Below are positions 14,065 through 29,890 of a DNA stretch of 64,000 nt, piece after piece. The stretch is from the human T2T-CHM13v2.0 reference genome, Homo sapiens: NCBI RefSeq assembly GCF_009914755.1, contig NC_060945.1; one strand, written 5' to 3'. A program made the translations under genes and the position numbers. Under the pieces are notes generated by a model that searched no databases, had not been told where the DNA came from, and saw only the letters and a list, made by a program, of their open reading frames with translations. How positions within the stretch are numbered: position 1 is the first letter of the stretch; each line of letters starts with the position of its first letter.

Positions 14065-14774
14065 GCACTCAAACCATTTTAGTTCCATCTCCTTTTTGCT
14101 AAATATATAGTTTAAAGGCTGTGTTTAAGGATTACCTAGAAATCATTTTAGGGTATAATGACATGTCATTTATTTATTTTAAAATTATGTTTGCTCCACT
14201 TGGTGAAAATTTCTGTAAGTACCTCTGAGATCATGGATCCTGGGGCTTCACTGAGCATCAACCTTTGGGGAACTGCTTCTAATGCTGATAAAAGTGTCAG
14301 GATCTTTCCTTGTTGACTGGGACTGGCATTTTTTATGTGAGGGCAGGAGAACAGCGTTAGCATCTCTGCAGGTGTTGTGCTGCCCCAAACCAGCATCTTT
14401 CTTCACAGGGGGGCTAGAGAGGGTGGGGGGCCACTTCAGGCCCTAGAACCTTTGGGTGCATGAATAGAAGTGCCATCAGCCTCTTTGCGGTCTCAGAAGA
14501 CAGTACTCTTTTGCTCTATCTGATTTTTTTTTTTTTAAGGAATCTTACCTCCTTGGTGCTAAGTGGTGACAGATACTTTGACACTTACTTCTTTTGCCCC
14601 ATAAATCAGCCCTGGGTCCTGGGCAGCTTAGAATCATGAGACCATAAAAATATGAAATGACAAAGCATGGAGTGGTCTTAGAGATAATTAAATTGACCTG
14701 CCTTACTTGATACTTGAGGAAAGAGGCCTAGAGTACATCAGAAGTGAATCTACCCTTGACTTCCTTTTTAAAAA

Positions 14775-15175
14775 ATCCATCCATTCATGCATTCACCTAC
14801 CAGTCCATTCATCCAACCAGCCATCCATCTATCCATCCATCCATTCCTCCATCCACCCATCTAACCTTCCATCCATCTACCCACTCATCCATCCATCCAT
14901 CCATCCACCCACCAAACCACATAATTCATCCACCTACCCATCCATCCATTCAACCATCCATCCATCCACACACCAAATTACCACATAATTCATCCATCCA
15001 CCCATTTACCCACCCACCTATTTACCTGTCCATTAATCCATCTATCCATCCACCCACCTATCTACCCATCCATCTATCCACCCACACATCTACAAATCCA
15101 TCCATCCATCCATCCATCCATCCATCCACTCATCAATTTGCCCCATCGTCCATCCATCCATCCATCCATCAATTT
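14775..15175. repeat. Degenerate (CCAT)n tetranucleotide array
   Basis: Directly visible; ACCACATAATTCATCCA occurs twice internally. Confidence 0.95.
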
Positions 15176-16502
15176 ACATACCAGAGGTAGACCCTGAAAA
15201 TAAAAAGATGAATAAGATGTGGTCTCTACCTCCTGGGGCTCTCCCAGTCCAGCATTCCCTTCCATTGCTTTAAAGGGCTCAATTCAATCTTGTCTCTGAA
15301 ATGGGCCATGTCACCGTTCACTAAGCATCTTCCAGTGCCAGCCTTTCAGATTCCATCAACAACACATTGGCTGTGGGCATGCAGGTCATGAGAACAAGGT
15401 CAGCAGCATACGCCTGCCCATTGCTCCCCAGAGGAAGGAACTCCAATGTCCAGGGTCTGGGGGATCTGTGCTTCCAGCTTGGCAGGCTCTCCCAGCAGAG
15501 AGCAACCACTTTTAAACTTCTGCTTCTCCCTACTTTCCATCCTTCTCCCTTCTCTTCCTTCTCCACATTGTCCTGGTAGCTTACCATTCCCAATCCTGCT
15601 CCCCTCAAGCACGTTAGCTTTGAGGCCATCCAGAGATCGATTCATCTCATGGTCCTGTTTTTCCCATTGCCTTTCACATCAGAGACCTTTTCTCTCTTCG
15701 AGCAAACCAATTTCCTTCTGTGATTACTGCTTGGATAGAAAGGACTCTGTTGTGTGGTGTGGGGAGTTCAGGAGGATGGTGGGCACTGAGCCATTACCAA
15801 GTTTGCACTTGTTGCCTTCTGGCCAAGGACCCAGAATGTTTATTCAAAGGAGCAATTTTTAAATAAGACACTGACACCAGTATCTGGTCTAAGAGAAGAG
15901 CAAGAGAGAATAGTGGGAGACCTGGAGGAAACCAGGTGTTCCTCCAGCCAGGGAAGCTGTAGAATCCTTGTCGTGGACTCCTTTCTGTCACCTCCACCAA
16001 CTGAGTGAGTAGCTCAGACTGGAGGCCGCTCACCAAGCCTGTGGGACCAAGTGTCACCTGAAGGCAGGGGTTCTGCATAACAGGCCACCAGGCTACCAGC
16101 TGAGCAATCTTGGACTAGCCACAAAATCTCTGATTGTCAAGGCCTCCGCCTGCATAATAGATCTATTAACAAAAATATCTGCGATGGCCAGTGTTTGGAT
16201 ATATTAGCACACAGGAAGATAGTGCTCCAAAAGTGCTTGGTAACAAGAGCCTGGTGCATATTACTTGTAAAAGTAAGGTTTAGCCCAACTTGGTGTGTTC
16301 TCATGCCGCCACAAATGCCACCACTTTTGCACACTCATGTACCCCCAGGTACTGCTATACCGGGACCACCCCCAAGACATACTACATGCCTGACTGTGGT
16401 GGTCTTTGAGGGAAAAGTTGTTTTCAGAGCAGTGGCTCTTAACCTCTTGAAAGGTTCTCCTCCAAAACATGCACACATGCTGGAACACACATGGACCCCC
16501 TC

Positions 16503-16625
16503 ACTGAGGTGGGAGAATTGCTTGAGCCCAGGAGGTCAAGGCTGCATTGAGCTATGATCTCGCCACTGCACTCCAGCCGGGCAACAGAGCAAGACACTAT
16601 TTCTAAAAAATACAAATAGAAATAA
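16503..16625 (+). mobile_element. AluJ/FRAM right-arm fragment
   Basis: TTGAGCCCAGGAGGTCAAGGCTGCA..GCACTCCAGCC plus A-rich tail. Confidence 0.85.
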
Positions 16626-16659
16626 GTATGAAAAAAAGAGGGAAAACCCAAGGATGAAT

Positions 16660-16850
16660 GGATGGATTGTGTGCCAGGCATTTAATGCATTCTATCTTGT
16701 GTTCTTCACTCAAACATTCTAAGGACTCTTGACCCCACTTTGCAGATGGGAAGTCAGAATTTGTCTGAAGGTCCATGGCTGGTGAGCATCTAAACAAAGA
16801 TACAAATTCAGGTCTGTGGGGTGCTCAGCTTTCCACTGTGCCTGTCACTC
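16660..16850 (-). mobile_element. MIR
   Basis: CCCCACTTTGCAGATGGGAA core. Confidence 0.6.
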
Positions 16851-18139
16851 CTGCTTCTCCCTTTGTATCTGATCAGACCAAGTTCTACGCAGTAGGCTCA
16901 ACACACACCCAGGAGCACCGGCTACCCCAGGAGAGGAGTCGCCAGGAGGGGAGAGCTGTTTCCACCTTCACCTGTTTCTCGTTCACCTGCTTCTTGCCTT
17001 GCAAGTCTCCAGACAGGCAGACTTCAGAGGGGACCTCCTGGCCTATCCTCTAGGGTATCTTGCTTCTGCCTGCTGTCATCTTCTAATACCCAAAAATGTG
17101 TCGCATCCTCCCAAAGCTCGCGCTCTCCCTGCAAACCCTGGGCCAAGCCTATTATTATTGTATATATTTCACTAAATCAATCTTTTAAAATTCTACTTAA
17201 CATAGGTGCCCAGCCTAATGGTGGCCATCTTTTAGAGGAGGAAATAAATGTTCAGAGAAGTCAAGTTCCTTGTGCAAGCGGGATTCGATACAGGGGACAC
17301 AACCAAGAGACCTCTGAGTCCCTCCACACATCCATGCTGTGTGTTGACTTGCTTACAAGAGTCCCCTGTGTCAGAGGCTGCCTGGCAGTGGGGACATGAG
17401 CCTTTCCCTTAGAGGGAAACATGAGATTGGGCAACAAGGGTAGTCCTCAAGGTTCTACCTCGAGACTCCAGGACGCTGGACATTGGAAATGAGGCCACAC
17501 CCTGGAGGAGCATTGTCGGCTAAAGCCAAACACCATTAGCGTCTGAAGGGGATGTGGGACCCATCTAAGGTATCACATCCCTGATCACCCACCATGGGGT
17601 CTGCAGCTGGAGAGGGTCCCCCCAGGAGGGGCTGGAGCGGGGAGTTCTCTGCCCTGGGAGGCAGGCCTCCTGGCCCTTCACTGGAGTGATCTCTTCTTTT
17701 CTGATGTCAAATCCTGACCTAAAGGGAGGCATCTTCCTTCTTATGGCATGGCCATGTCTCCTGTGTTCCTTCCTCAAGCCAAATCCTTTTCCACGATGCC
17801 TTCCCCTCTGAGCCCTGTATAACCCAATAGTGCAAATATTCCCACATCCCCTACCCACAACAGGGGTGAGCACATTGCAAATGTTCCGCCGGCGAATCAG
17901 CACCTGCCTGGAGGTGTTCTTGGTGTCTGCGTCCTGCCTCCAGTACAGAGGACCTCAAATCCATGATACTTCACCTGGTGCTCCCCAGGAAAGCCTGGCA
18001 GAGGACCTGACGATTCCCAGCAAGACCAAGCACTGCTGTCCAGGGTCAGCCACGGTCACTTCTCTGCAGCTGTCATCCGGGCACAATCTCCAAATATTTC
18101 TAGCCATTCAGACGTTCACTATAATCAGAATTAACGCAT

Positions 18140-18330
18140 GTAGAACCAAAGAGCCAGACACATGGGTTCAAACCTGCCCCACCATTTACAGTGAGAGCTT
18201 AGTGAGTCACTTAACCTGTGCCTCAGTTTTCTCACCTGTAAAAAGAACATAACAGTAACAATACCATTGAGCTGCTATGCAGTGGATGAGCTTCTATATG
18301 AAAGGTGAGTGAAAAGTGTCTGGATGTGGT
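18140..18330 (+). mobile_element. MIR
   Basis: GTCACTTAACCTGTGCCTCAGTTTTCTCACCTGTAAAA. Confidence 0.75.
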
Positions 18331-19241
18331 GGTGTCAACCTTTCCCTGGGGTGGTGGTGGCTGATCTGTGGCACCCCACATGACAATGTCTTTGCCATGG
18401 CAGTAGATGCTGTTAAATCAGGCCCTGGGTTTGTCTTGGCTTGACTTGTTTCCATTTTCAATTGAAAATTAAATGTGGATAGACTTCAGCCTGACTCGGT
18501 CTGCTCCCTGGACCTTGGCCAGTGAGTTCTGAGTAACTGCAGACAGGGTGTGGTCACCGGGATTTGGTTATTGGATTTTTTTCCCCCTGTGGTTTTGGGC
18601 AGGTTGCTCCATGACGGGCAGCTGTATCATCTTAGAACCGGACTTTCCGGGAGAGCCTTTGGGTCACTCTGGGCGTCAGCTGGAAAGGGCTGCTCTTGGA
18701 GCAAGCTCACTGGCCCACAGGAGGAGCTGCCTTCTTGAACTGTCACCCTGAAGCCAACCAAAGTCTGGGCAACGCCAGCTCCAGTGACTGCCGCTCCATC
18801 TCCTAGGCAATTTGCATCGCTGTTTCTGTTTGTTAGGCCTTGACCATTCCTTTGTTGTCATCCTGCGCTTCCCTGGCCATAGGCCCTTTTCCCAGCCCCA
18901 CCACGGCATGCCCACCTGTGCTTGGGGAGGGGCGGAGGAAGGAGCCCCAGCCAGCCATGTCCCTGTTTCGTGCTCCAGTGACCACTGCTATGAGGACTTT
19001 CCCACTGGCTCAGGCTCAGTTAGTCGAGCTGGTGTGCCCCGCTCTTAGCTGTTCCCCAACTCTCCTAGAGTGTGCTAATTCTGACCCAGCTCTCCCAGGT
19101 GGAGGATGCTTTTCAAACATGTCCTTGGGAACCTCTGCAGACCCATTCCCAGCCCATTCTCCATGATTCCAGGCCTGGCCAGGTTGAAAACTTCTGTAAA
19201 TTAAAACTCAAATAAAGAGAGTATAGCTTGGGCATACCTTT

Positions 19242-19318
19242 TGCACATGCATATATATGTATGTGTGTGCATGTGTGTGTGTGCATGTATGTGTGTGCAT
19301 GTATGTGTGTGCATGTGT
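19242..19318. repeat. Imperfect (TG/TA/CA)n alternating purine-pyrimidine tract
   Basis: Directly visible. Confidence 0.85.
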
Positions 19319-19357
19319 TGGGATTTTTTATTTTTTAAATTTATATTTATTAAAAAA

Positions 19358-19513
19358 ATTTTTTTTGAAACAAGGTCTTCTTCTGTCTCCCAGGCTGGGC
19401 TGCAGTGGTGTGATTATGGCTGACTGCAGCCTCAAACTCCTGGGATCAAGCAACCCTCCCACCTCAGCCTCCCAGAGCACTGGGATTACAGGTTTGAGCC
19501 ACTGCACCTGGCC
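19358..19513 (-). mobile_element. FLAM/AluJ-type monomer
   Basis: Monomeric Alu-like sequence with T tail. Confidence 0.85.
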
Positions 19514-20229
19514 TATTTAAAAAGTTTGTCTAGAGCAAAAAGTCCCTAGACCTGCCAGTCCAGGGCACTAAATCACAAGAACACCAAGGCCAAACAGGCT
19601 TGAAGTCTCCAGGCTCCTCACTGGCAAACTCTACTTCCTGATCCCTTAGTGGGTTGAGGTGCCAACAGCCCCCTGGGGAGGAGGGGGTTGCATTATGGCC
19701 GTGGAGAGACTCTGAGCCTTATCAACGGTGTGGGGATGACACCCTTTTCGGAGCACTTTGTGAGGCTTTGTGCCATGCTGGGCGCTTGGCGTCAGAGACA
19801 AATAGAATCAATAACTGTGCAAAAAAAGTTGCCAGATAATTTATCCCATTGGCACCGAGCCTAGAATTATAATCAGATCTTGACTTCTTCAAAGCCTTCT
19901 TGCTTTGGATTTTCCAAATCGAAAATAAACATTGGGGGCAATTACCTTTCCTTAGTTCTCTGATGTATGAAGGGGAGTTTTCATCTATTAATTTAAGAAC
20001 CCTCTCATTTCATTCGGAAGGTATTAGCCCATGGAACTTGTTAACTTAATATCAACACAGTCTGTCTAGGTTTTGACTGAAAAGAGAAAGGGGTTGTTAT
20101 GCTCTAGGTTAATATTTTCCTCTCTTTAAGAAGTCTTGGGTATGCCAGACACTTCTCGGACAAAAACAGCTGTTTTCTTCCCATTGCTGAACGCATTGTT
20201 TGTGCGAGTTCACTTACTTGCTATACTCA

Positions 20230-20800
20230 GAATATCCTCCAGGAGTCAGCAAATCCCAACCTCTGGACGTGGCTCAGGGCCGCCCTGCCCATTGCTGAGC
20301 TGATTTGGAATTTGGGCCTGAGAGAGGAAGTGATTATTGGATGACAGGCTGCCTCCTAGGGGGCTTCTCTGGGCTTGCCATGAAAGCACTTCCGGAGGAA
20401 AAGCAGAGCTCCATCAGTCTCTTTTGGAGAGCTGTGAACGTGACCAGACCTATTAATTACTTAACTGAGGTGCTGAACTTTGAAAATGAAAGTTCCGGTG
20501 GGGAGTTCTGTCCTTTCCAGCCTGGGGAGCTCTGTCAGGGCTCTCCTGAGTGTCTCTTTCAGCTTATCAAGCTCGCTCGGGGACCGTCTCTGGTAAGTAC
20601 AGGCAACCCCTCCAGCCAACCCCTCCACCCTGTGGGCCGGGGAAGTGTCTCATCGTTGAATCCACTTGCAGGCACTTCCTTGATCTCAAGCCCCACCACG
20701 CTGCCCCCAGAGTCCCAGCGAGTGGCTCAGTCACACTGGTGCGTGCCTCTCACCCGCTCTGACCTCGTCATGGGGTCCCCGAGGTGCTGGTTCATGCAAG
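20230..20800 (+). promoter_or_regulatory. Candidate promoter/enhancer and first exon
   Basis: AGAGGAAGTG 20323, CACTTCCGG 20387, GAAAATGAAAGT 20482, GATA (CTTATC) 20563, further GGAAGT cores at 20641 and ~20674, raised CpG density, splice donor at 20593. Confidence 0.55.
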
Positions 20801-20821
20801 GCTCTGTGCCTAACCAAGCTA

Positions 20822-21308
<487 letters not shown>

Positions 21309-21444
21309 TCACCTGCACAAGTGGAACAAAGATACAGGAGATAATGACAGCAAATGGAACGTAGAGTTGATGCGTTCATTGACAAAGAATTTCACACCCT
21401 GCATTATCTCACTTGAGCCCCATGAAGAGCCTGTGAGGTGGCTA

Positions 21445-22067
<623 letters not shown>

Positions 22068-22336
22068 TTATGGAGTTCATTCTTGGAGATGTCGTGAATA
22101 GATCTCCTTTGCATCCAGATGGAAGAGCAACAGGAACATTATTAAGAAACTAAAAATTCTAGATTCATTGGAAAAGGCTTTGAGAGAGAAGGGACAGGGA
22201 AACCCCTAATTCCACCTCCCTGAAAACAGTGTGTTTTCCTCTCCTACACCAGGGCCGTGTGTCTTTCTGTCTACGTGGCCCAGCCACATTTGTAGCCCGT
22301 GGCCTGATGGAGCTCTGATGAGTCAGTTTCATGTCA

Positions 22337-22634
22337 TTTTTTTTTTTTTTTTTCAGAGAGAGAGTCTCACTCTGTCACCCAGGCTGGAGTGCAGTGGCAT
22401 GATCTCGGCTCACTGCAACCTCCGCCTCCTGGGTTCAAGTGATTCTCCTGCCACAGCCCCTTGAGTAGTTGACGTTACAGGCACCCACCACCGCACCCAG
22501 ATACTTTTCGTATTTTTAGTGGAGACGCTGTTTCACCATGTTGGCCAGTTGGTCTCGAACTCCTGACCTCAAGTGATCTGCCTGCCTTGGCCTCCCTATG
22601 TGCTGGGTTATGGGCGTAAGCCACTGTGCCCTGC
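22337..22634 (-). mobile_element. AluS, TSD TTCATGTCATTTTT
   Basis: Full dimer with TSD. Confidence 0.95.
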
Positions 22635-23131
22635 TTCATGTCATTTTTAAAGAGCCCACACAACTCCTGTAGCTGGATTACGACAACCTCAACGGCAAGA
22701 CCTCGACGTGATATTACTCCACGTGAAAGTCTAAAAGGCGCTGAGCACAGTGCTCTGCCAATGGTGTGTCTTCCAGCCTCGCTTGCTGAGAGAACAGATG
22801 TGCCGGGGAAGAAATGGACAAAGCTGGGAAAGGAGTCTAACTTCTTCAAAGCGGTTGGGCACCGGTGAGGCTCTTTTGGTTACAAACCACAGAAATGGAT
22901 TCTGGTTTATCAGTTTAATCTCGGTGTAACTAAAAGTGGGAAGTACTGGAAGGAGACGCATTTCATGGGCTCAGAGGTGACCTTGGGGCACTGAGTTGGC
23001 CCTTCTGTGGCCAGGTGTCCCTCTCTCGGGGACCTGCCTTCCCATGCCCCAGCCTCAACTCTTGGTGTCTGTCTAATCTCAAACTCCCAAGAGACTGGAT
23101 TGGATTAGATCAGTGTGGTGTAGCAAGAGGC

Positions 23132-23133
<2 letters not shown>

Positions 23134-23183
<50 letters not shown>
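23134..23183. repeat. Perfect (TG)25 microsatellite
   Basis: Directly visible. Confidence 0.97.
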
Positions 23184-23184
<1 letters not shown>

Positions 23185-23419
23185 TGTCATTAGGGAGATC
23201 TCAGAGAACAACCACCTTGGCCAACTTGTCTATCTCACGCCAGACGTTTTCACCCATCGTTCTGTCCAACCCTACATAATCCTGCCAGGGGGCTATCAGT
23301 TTTTTGTTTATGTTGAACGCTAAACTCAGCAGGAAAGAACACTGCTTTCTGGGATTTTCTTCATTTAAACCTCTATTGCCTATGAGAACAGTGTATTTTC
23401 TTTAAGGGCTACCAGGTTT

Positions 23420-25240
<1,821 letters not shown>

Positions 25241-25249
25241 TCTAGAGAA

Positions 25250-25470
25250 AACAATGCTGAATGCTCACAAGTACTGAAGCCTTCCTACAGGTGAAGTATT
25301 ACACTAAGGGTTTTATATAAAATCTCATTGATCCTTATACTTTACGGAAGAAACTAAGACACGGAGGGGGTAAAGAACCTGGCTAACGTCACACTGTTAG
25401 TAGTTGCTGGGATGGGATTCTCACCCACAAAGTTGGACACCAGACCTCAAACTTTCAGCCATTATGGTCA
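25250..25470 (-). mobile_element. MIR
   Basis: TTTACGGAAGAAACTAAGACAC..GTCACAC..GGGATTC. Confidence 0.6.
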
Positions 25471-26021
25471 ATCATCTTGTGAATTTTTGACTGGGCCACT
25501 TATTGTCAAGGCTGCTGGCGTGAATTGTGGAGTCTTCTTTTACAATTATTTCTGGAGTGATGATTTCATTCTGTTACGCAGCTGACTTCTGTTTAAAGGA
25601 GACATTTTGTGTGCTCTTTGTGATTTTATTGGAAGAGAACACAGTGTGACTGAGATTTCTGATGCCACCGGGAAACATGCAGCAGAGACCCCTGGGTGGT
25701 CACCCACCAGTCCTCAGCTGGGCTCATGGCTGGGCTGTGTCTCCAGCCTTCCCTCATCACCTCCCTGCTGGTCCCCTCAGCCTTCACCAGACTGCGCTGT
25801 GTGCTGTCTCCTGCCCATGGCTCAGGTCTGGGAGGTTTCTGTAGCTCAGCCCTATAAGTCAGAGCTAAATTGTTACTGGAGACAAGGGTCTAGTTAATTC
25901 TTTTAGTATTATCCTCCTCCCATGCTTCAGTCACCTGTACTCCCACTTTTGAAATATGATCTCTGAACTAATAGTAATAGCTAACACTGCTCTGTTTATT
26001 ATCAATACTTTACACACAGCA

Positions 26022-26348
26022 TGATATGGTTTGGCTGTATCCCCATCCACATCTCATCTTGAATTGTAGCTCTCATAATTCCCTTGTGTTGTGGGATGGA
26101 GCCAGTGGGAGATAATTGAATCATGGGGGCAATTTCACCCATACTGTTCTCATGGTAGTGAATACGTCTCATGAGATCTGATGGCTTTGTAAGGGGAAAC
26201 CCCTTCCACTGGGCTCTCTTTCTCTTCTCCTGTCTGCCGCCATGTGAGACATGCCTTTCACCTTCCACCATGATTGTGACTTCTTTCTTTTGTAAATTGC
26301 CCAGTCTCGGGTATGTCTTTATCAGCAGCGTGAAAATGGACCAATATG
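26022..26348 (+). mobile_element. THE1B-like solo LTR with internal deletion, inserted in a MIR
   Basis: TGATATGGTTTGGCTGT start; segment after CCATGATTGTGA is missing relative to the intact copy at 56516. Confidence 0.9.
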
Positions 26349-26701
26349 TAACACATATAAGTAGGTCATTTAATTGTCAAAACAACCTTAGGAGGGAGAA
26401 AGATAAAATATCTTGTCCAAGGCCCCACAGCTAGGGATGGAGCCAGGGTTCAAACCCAGCCAGACTGGCTCCTGACTTTTCACCAGGCTGTGTTTCCCTG
26501 AGAGGGAGTGCGAGGCCAGCAGCCCAGGCCCATGTGGTGGTCCTGCAGCCGTGGCTACAATAGCAAGTTCTCAGGGTTTTCTAAGGCATTGCATCTTTTT
26601 TCCTTTTATTGGGAGAAGGGGTTGTGATTGTGTGAGCCTATTTCCCCCTTTTATTCTCATCAGTGTCTCACACTTCACTTGCAATAAGTGAATATTCCCA
26701 T

Positions 26702-27166
26702 TGGATGAGTTTCCCAACACTGCCATAACAAATCACCATTAACTGGGAGGCTTAAAACAACAGAAATGTATTGTCTCACAGTTCTGGAGGCCAGAAGTCC
26801 AAAACCAAGGCCTCAACAGCATTGGTCCCTTTGGCGGCTCTGAGGGAGAATACAGTCCATGTTTGTTTCCCGGCCTCTAGTGGTGGTTGGCAGCCCCCAG
26901 TGTTGCTTGGCTTAGTGACCCATCCCTCCAGTCTTTGCCTCCATCTTCACATTGACTTCTCACTGTGTCTCAAATATCCCTCTTCTTTCTCATACAAGAA
27001 CACCAGTCCCTGGATTTAAGATCCACCCTTAGTCCAGGATGATCTCACACCTAGATCCTTAACTTAATTATGAATGCAAAGACCGTAGGTCTAAATAAGG
27101 CCACATGCACAGGCATGGAGGGCAGGACTTGTACATAACTCTGGAGGACATGATTCATCCACTGCA
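26702..27166 (-). mobile_element. MLT1C-like LTR
   Basis: GGCTTAAAACAACAGAAATGTATTGTCTCACAGTTCTGGAGGCCAGAAGTCC. Confidence 0.85.
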
Positions 27167-27961
27167 CCCCTCATCTCTGGATTTACATCCAGAAGCAGGG
27201 TACCCACTTGCCAAGGTGCAAACTAGGTGCAAGCTGGCCCACCTGACCCTTCCTCAAGGCACAAAGGACACCTTCGTGTTTCACGCTTTCGGGGACTGAG
27301 AAGCAGGAAGCACTCCCTTGCCACCCCCATCCTCCCGCCGCCTTGTTTTCCTTTTCGTTTTCCCTGCGACATCTCCTACCACATCCGGCACTGGATTCTC
27401 CTCTGTGCGTTGGTGTTGGTGTGTCAGCTTCTTTATAAACTGCAATCAGTTACTCCTGCCAGGTGAGCCTTATGAAGAGACAGCAGCAATTTGAGCAAAC
27501 GCTTGTCTAATTTGTTGATGTCATTTAGCAAGATGAAATGACTGGAACAAGGAATATGTTTCTGAATGTACATGCTCTGAATGAAGATCTCTAGATGGTT
27601 GGGAATAAGTTACCACACACCTGGAAAAAATAATCTGTGTTTTCTTTTTGCCTGTCATGAATGAATGAAGAGGCTAGAATAAGTCTCCCACATGGTCTCC
27701 TTCATCAGATCCAAATTTGGGTTTTTATTCTTTGCAGTTATTCCAAACTCTGAATACAAATGTCTTCTGTAGGTCAACAAGTATGATATGAACCACAGGT
27801 GTTATGCTTATTGGTGCACGGTAGTATGAAATTAAAACAGTTCTCTTTAGAATGCAGTATTTAAAATTGCGCAGTCTTTAAATCAAAAGTTCAAAAATCC
27901 AAGAAGAAATTGGGAGGAGACACAGAACAGAGGGAGGTTAGGAAAAATAAAATTTTTGGCA

Positions 27962-27980
27962 ACACACACACACACACACA

Positions 27981-28037
<57 letters not shown>
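27962..28037. repeat. Compound (AC)10(CT)27 microsatellite
   Basis: Directly visible. Confidence 0.97.
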
Positions 28038-28039
<2 letters not shown>

Positions 28040-29642
28040 GGCACCTGGGAATTGCAGGGGCTGACACCTGGAGCTGAGAGGTGGGCTGCCGAACTCCCCG
28101 GCAATGGTTGAATCCTTGTCTCTGATTCTACAGACACTGTGGGGCTTACCTTCTTTGCAAGGAGGCTGGTGGCCACTCATCCTGTTCCTGCTGTCACCAC
28201 CCAAATTTAAGGCCCCCACCACGGTCCCACCACTCTTCTAATTGCCTCCTCCTTGGGCCACTTCCTGCCCAACCCTCTCCCCTGAAACCAATCTTCCAAA
28301 TCACTTCTAGATTCGTCTTAAAACATCCATGTCAAGACGTCACTCCTCAAAACCTCTGAAAAACCTGCTACAGTAAAGAATCAGTATGACCCACCACATA
28401 CACAAGTATGTGCAAATATACATGCTTACATACATACATGTAGATATATATGTATATGTGTACACACACACAAACAAGCAAGATTCATGGAAGAATTCTT
28501 GTTCACTACTCCTATGTGACATTCCTTCTGCTGTTTCCTGTTCCACTCCGCGCCATTCGATTCGATTCCACTTGATTGGAATTCATGCTGCAGGTGCCCC
28601 ACTACCTTCATCTCAAAACCCCTGAATGGGTTGTACCCACACTTTGACACAGGCAAAGCTGGAAATCTGAAGCCTGGTTCTCAAAGTTCCCACCAATGTG
28701 CCCCACCTCCTACTGCTGCCCCCACCATCTCTCCAGCTTCTTTTGGAGGTGGCGCTGCCCAACTCTCAGTGGTGCCTAAAGCCCAGGGCCCTTTTCTGGC
28801 TATACCTTTTTTGAGTCCTTTCTGACCTCACCCTGCTTGTCCTTCTGGGTCAGTTCAATCCCTGCCTCCTTCCTGAAGAGTCCTTGACCGAGATTCCCCT
28901 TTCTTTTTTTCTGCCTCACGTATCAAGTATCTGATTAGGAGGCTGGACTCTGCTTTCAAAATGCTTAATTCATGAACAACCCACACACCTAGGTTTGTTT
29001 CCAGGTTCAGATCTTCAGGGGTATGCGTGGCCTGGAGAGGGCCTTCATCCACACACGCTTAAAGCTTCAGCAAGTTCCTGATGCCCAGAACAACCAACCC
29101 TTCCCGCCCTGCGGCCCCCACCCTCGGGATAATGGGAATGTTTTCGTAGCAAGTTGGAACGAGAAATCAATTTTCCTGCTGAGGTAACCAGCACTACATA
29201 GGTAGGTGGACCTGAAAAGGTGCTTTGAGAGCCATGCTTTAAACACATTTGATGATGTTGGCTTTTACGAGCTAGCCAAGCAACCTGCCCCTCTTGGAGG
29301 CATTTTTATGGGGCAAGGTATTACATTGTGTATAAGTACTAAGCCACTGGCCTACAAACAACTTTTGGGGTGCTGTCTGTCCTCTGGTTGAACGCCTCCT
29401 GTGCTGCCTGTCTCGCCACCTCTCCACATGGGTGTGTCTTATCTCCACAACTCAATGGTTTCCCACTTGCTGCAGGGCTTAGCGCGGCGCCTTATGCCGG
29501 CGATACCTCCCTAACCAGGCTGGTGACGTCTTGTCCTCCCCATCTCTGGCTGCCTAGCGTCCTCGGCTCTGTCTTCATCGTGGTTTGTCCTGGAGTCAAT
29601 GGGTCCCTGCCTGTTGCTTGGAAACCCTTAGGAATACTTACC

Positions 29643-29890
29643 AGGAAAAGGAGAAGAAGGAAGGTGATGAGGAAAGGGAAATAGACAAGAGAAAAAAGGA
29701 AGAAGGATAGGAAAGGGGAAGAGAAAACGGGAACTAGATAAGGATAAAGGAAGAGAAATGAAGAGAGAAGAAATGAAGAAAGACACGAAAAGGAGGAGAA
29801 AAAAGGAGAACAAAAAGGGGGAAAGATGAGTATAGGAAAAATAAAAAGAGGAGAAAACAGGAGGGAAAAAGGAAAATAAAGGGGGAAAAA
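29643..29890. repeat. GA-rich low-complexity polypurine tract
   Basis: ~250 bp of mostly A/G on +. Confidence 0.9.

Noticed and set aside
14707-15265. His/Pro/Ser/Ile-rich ORFs
   Set aside because: Translation of the (CCAT)n repeat
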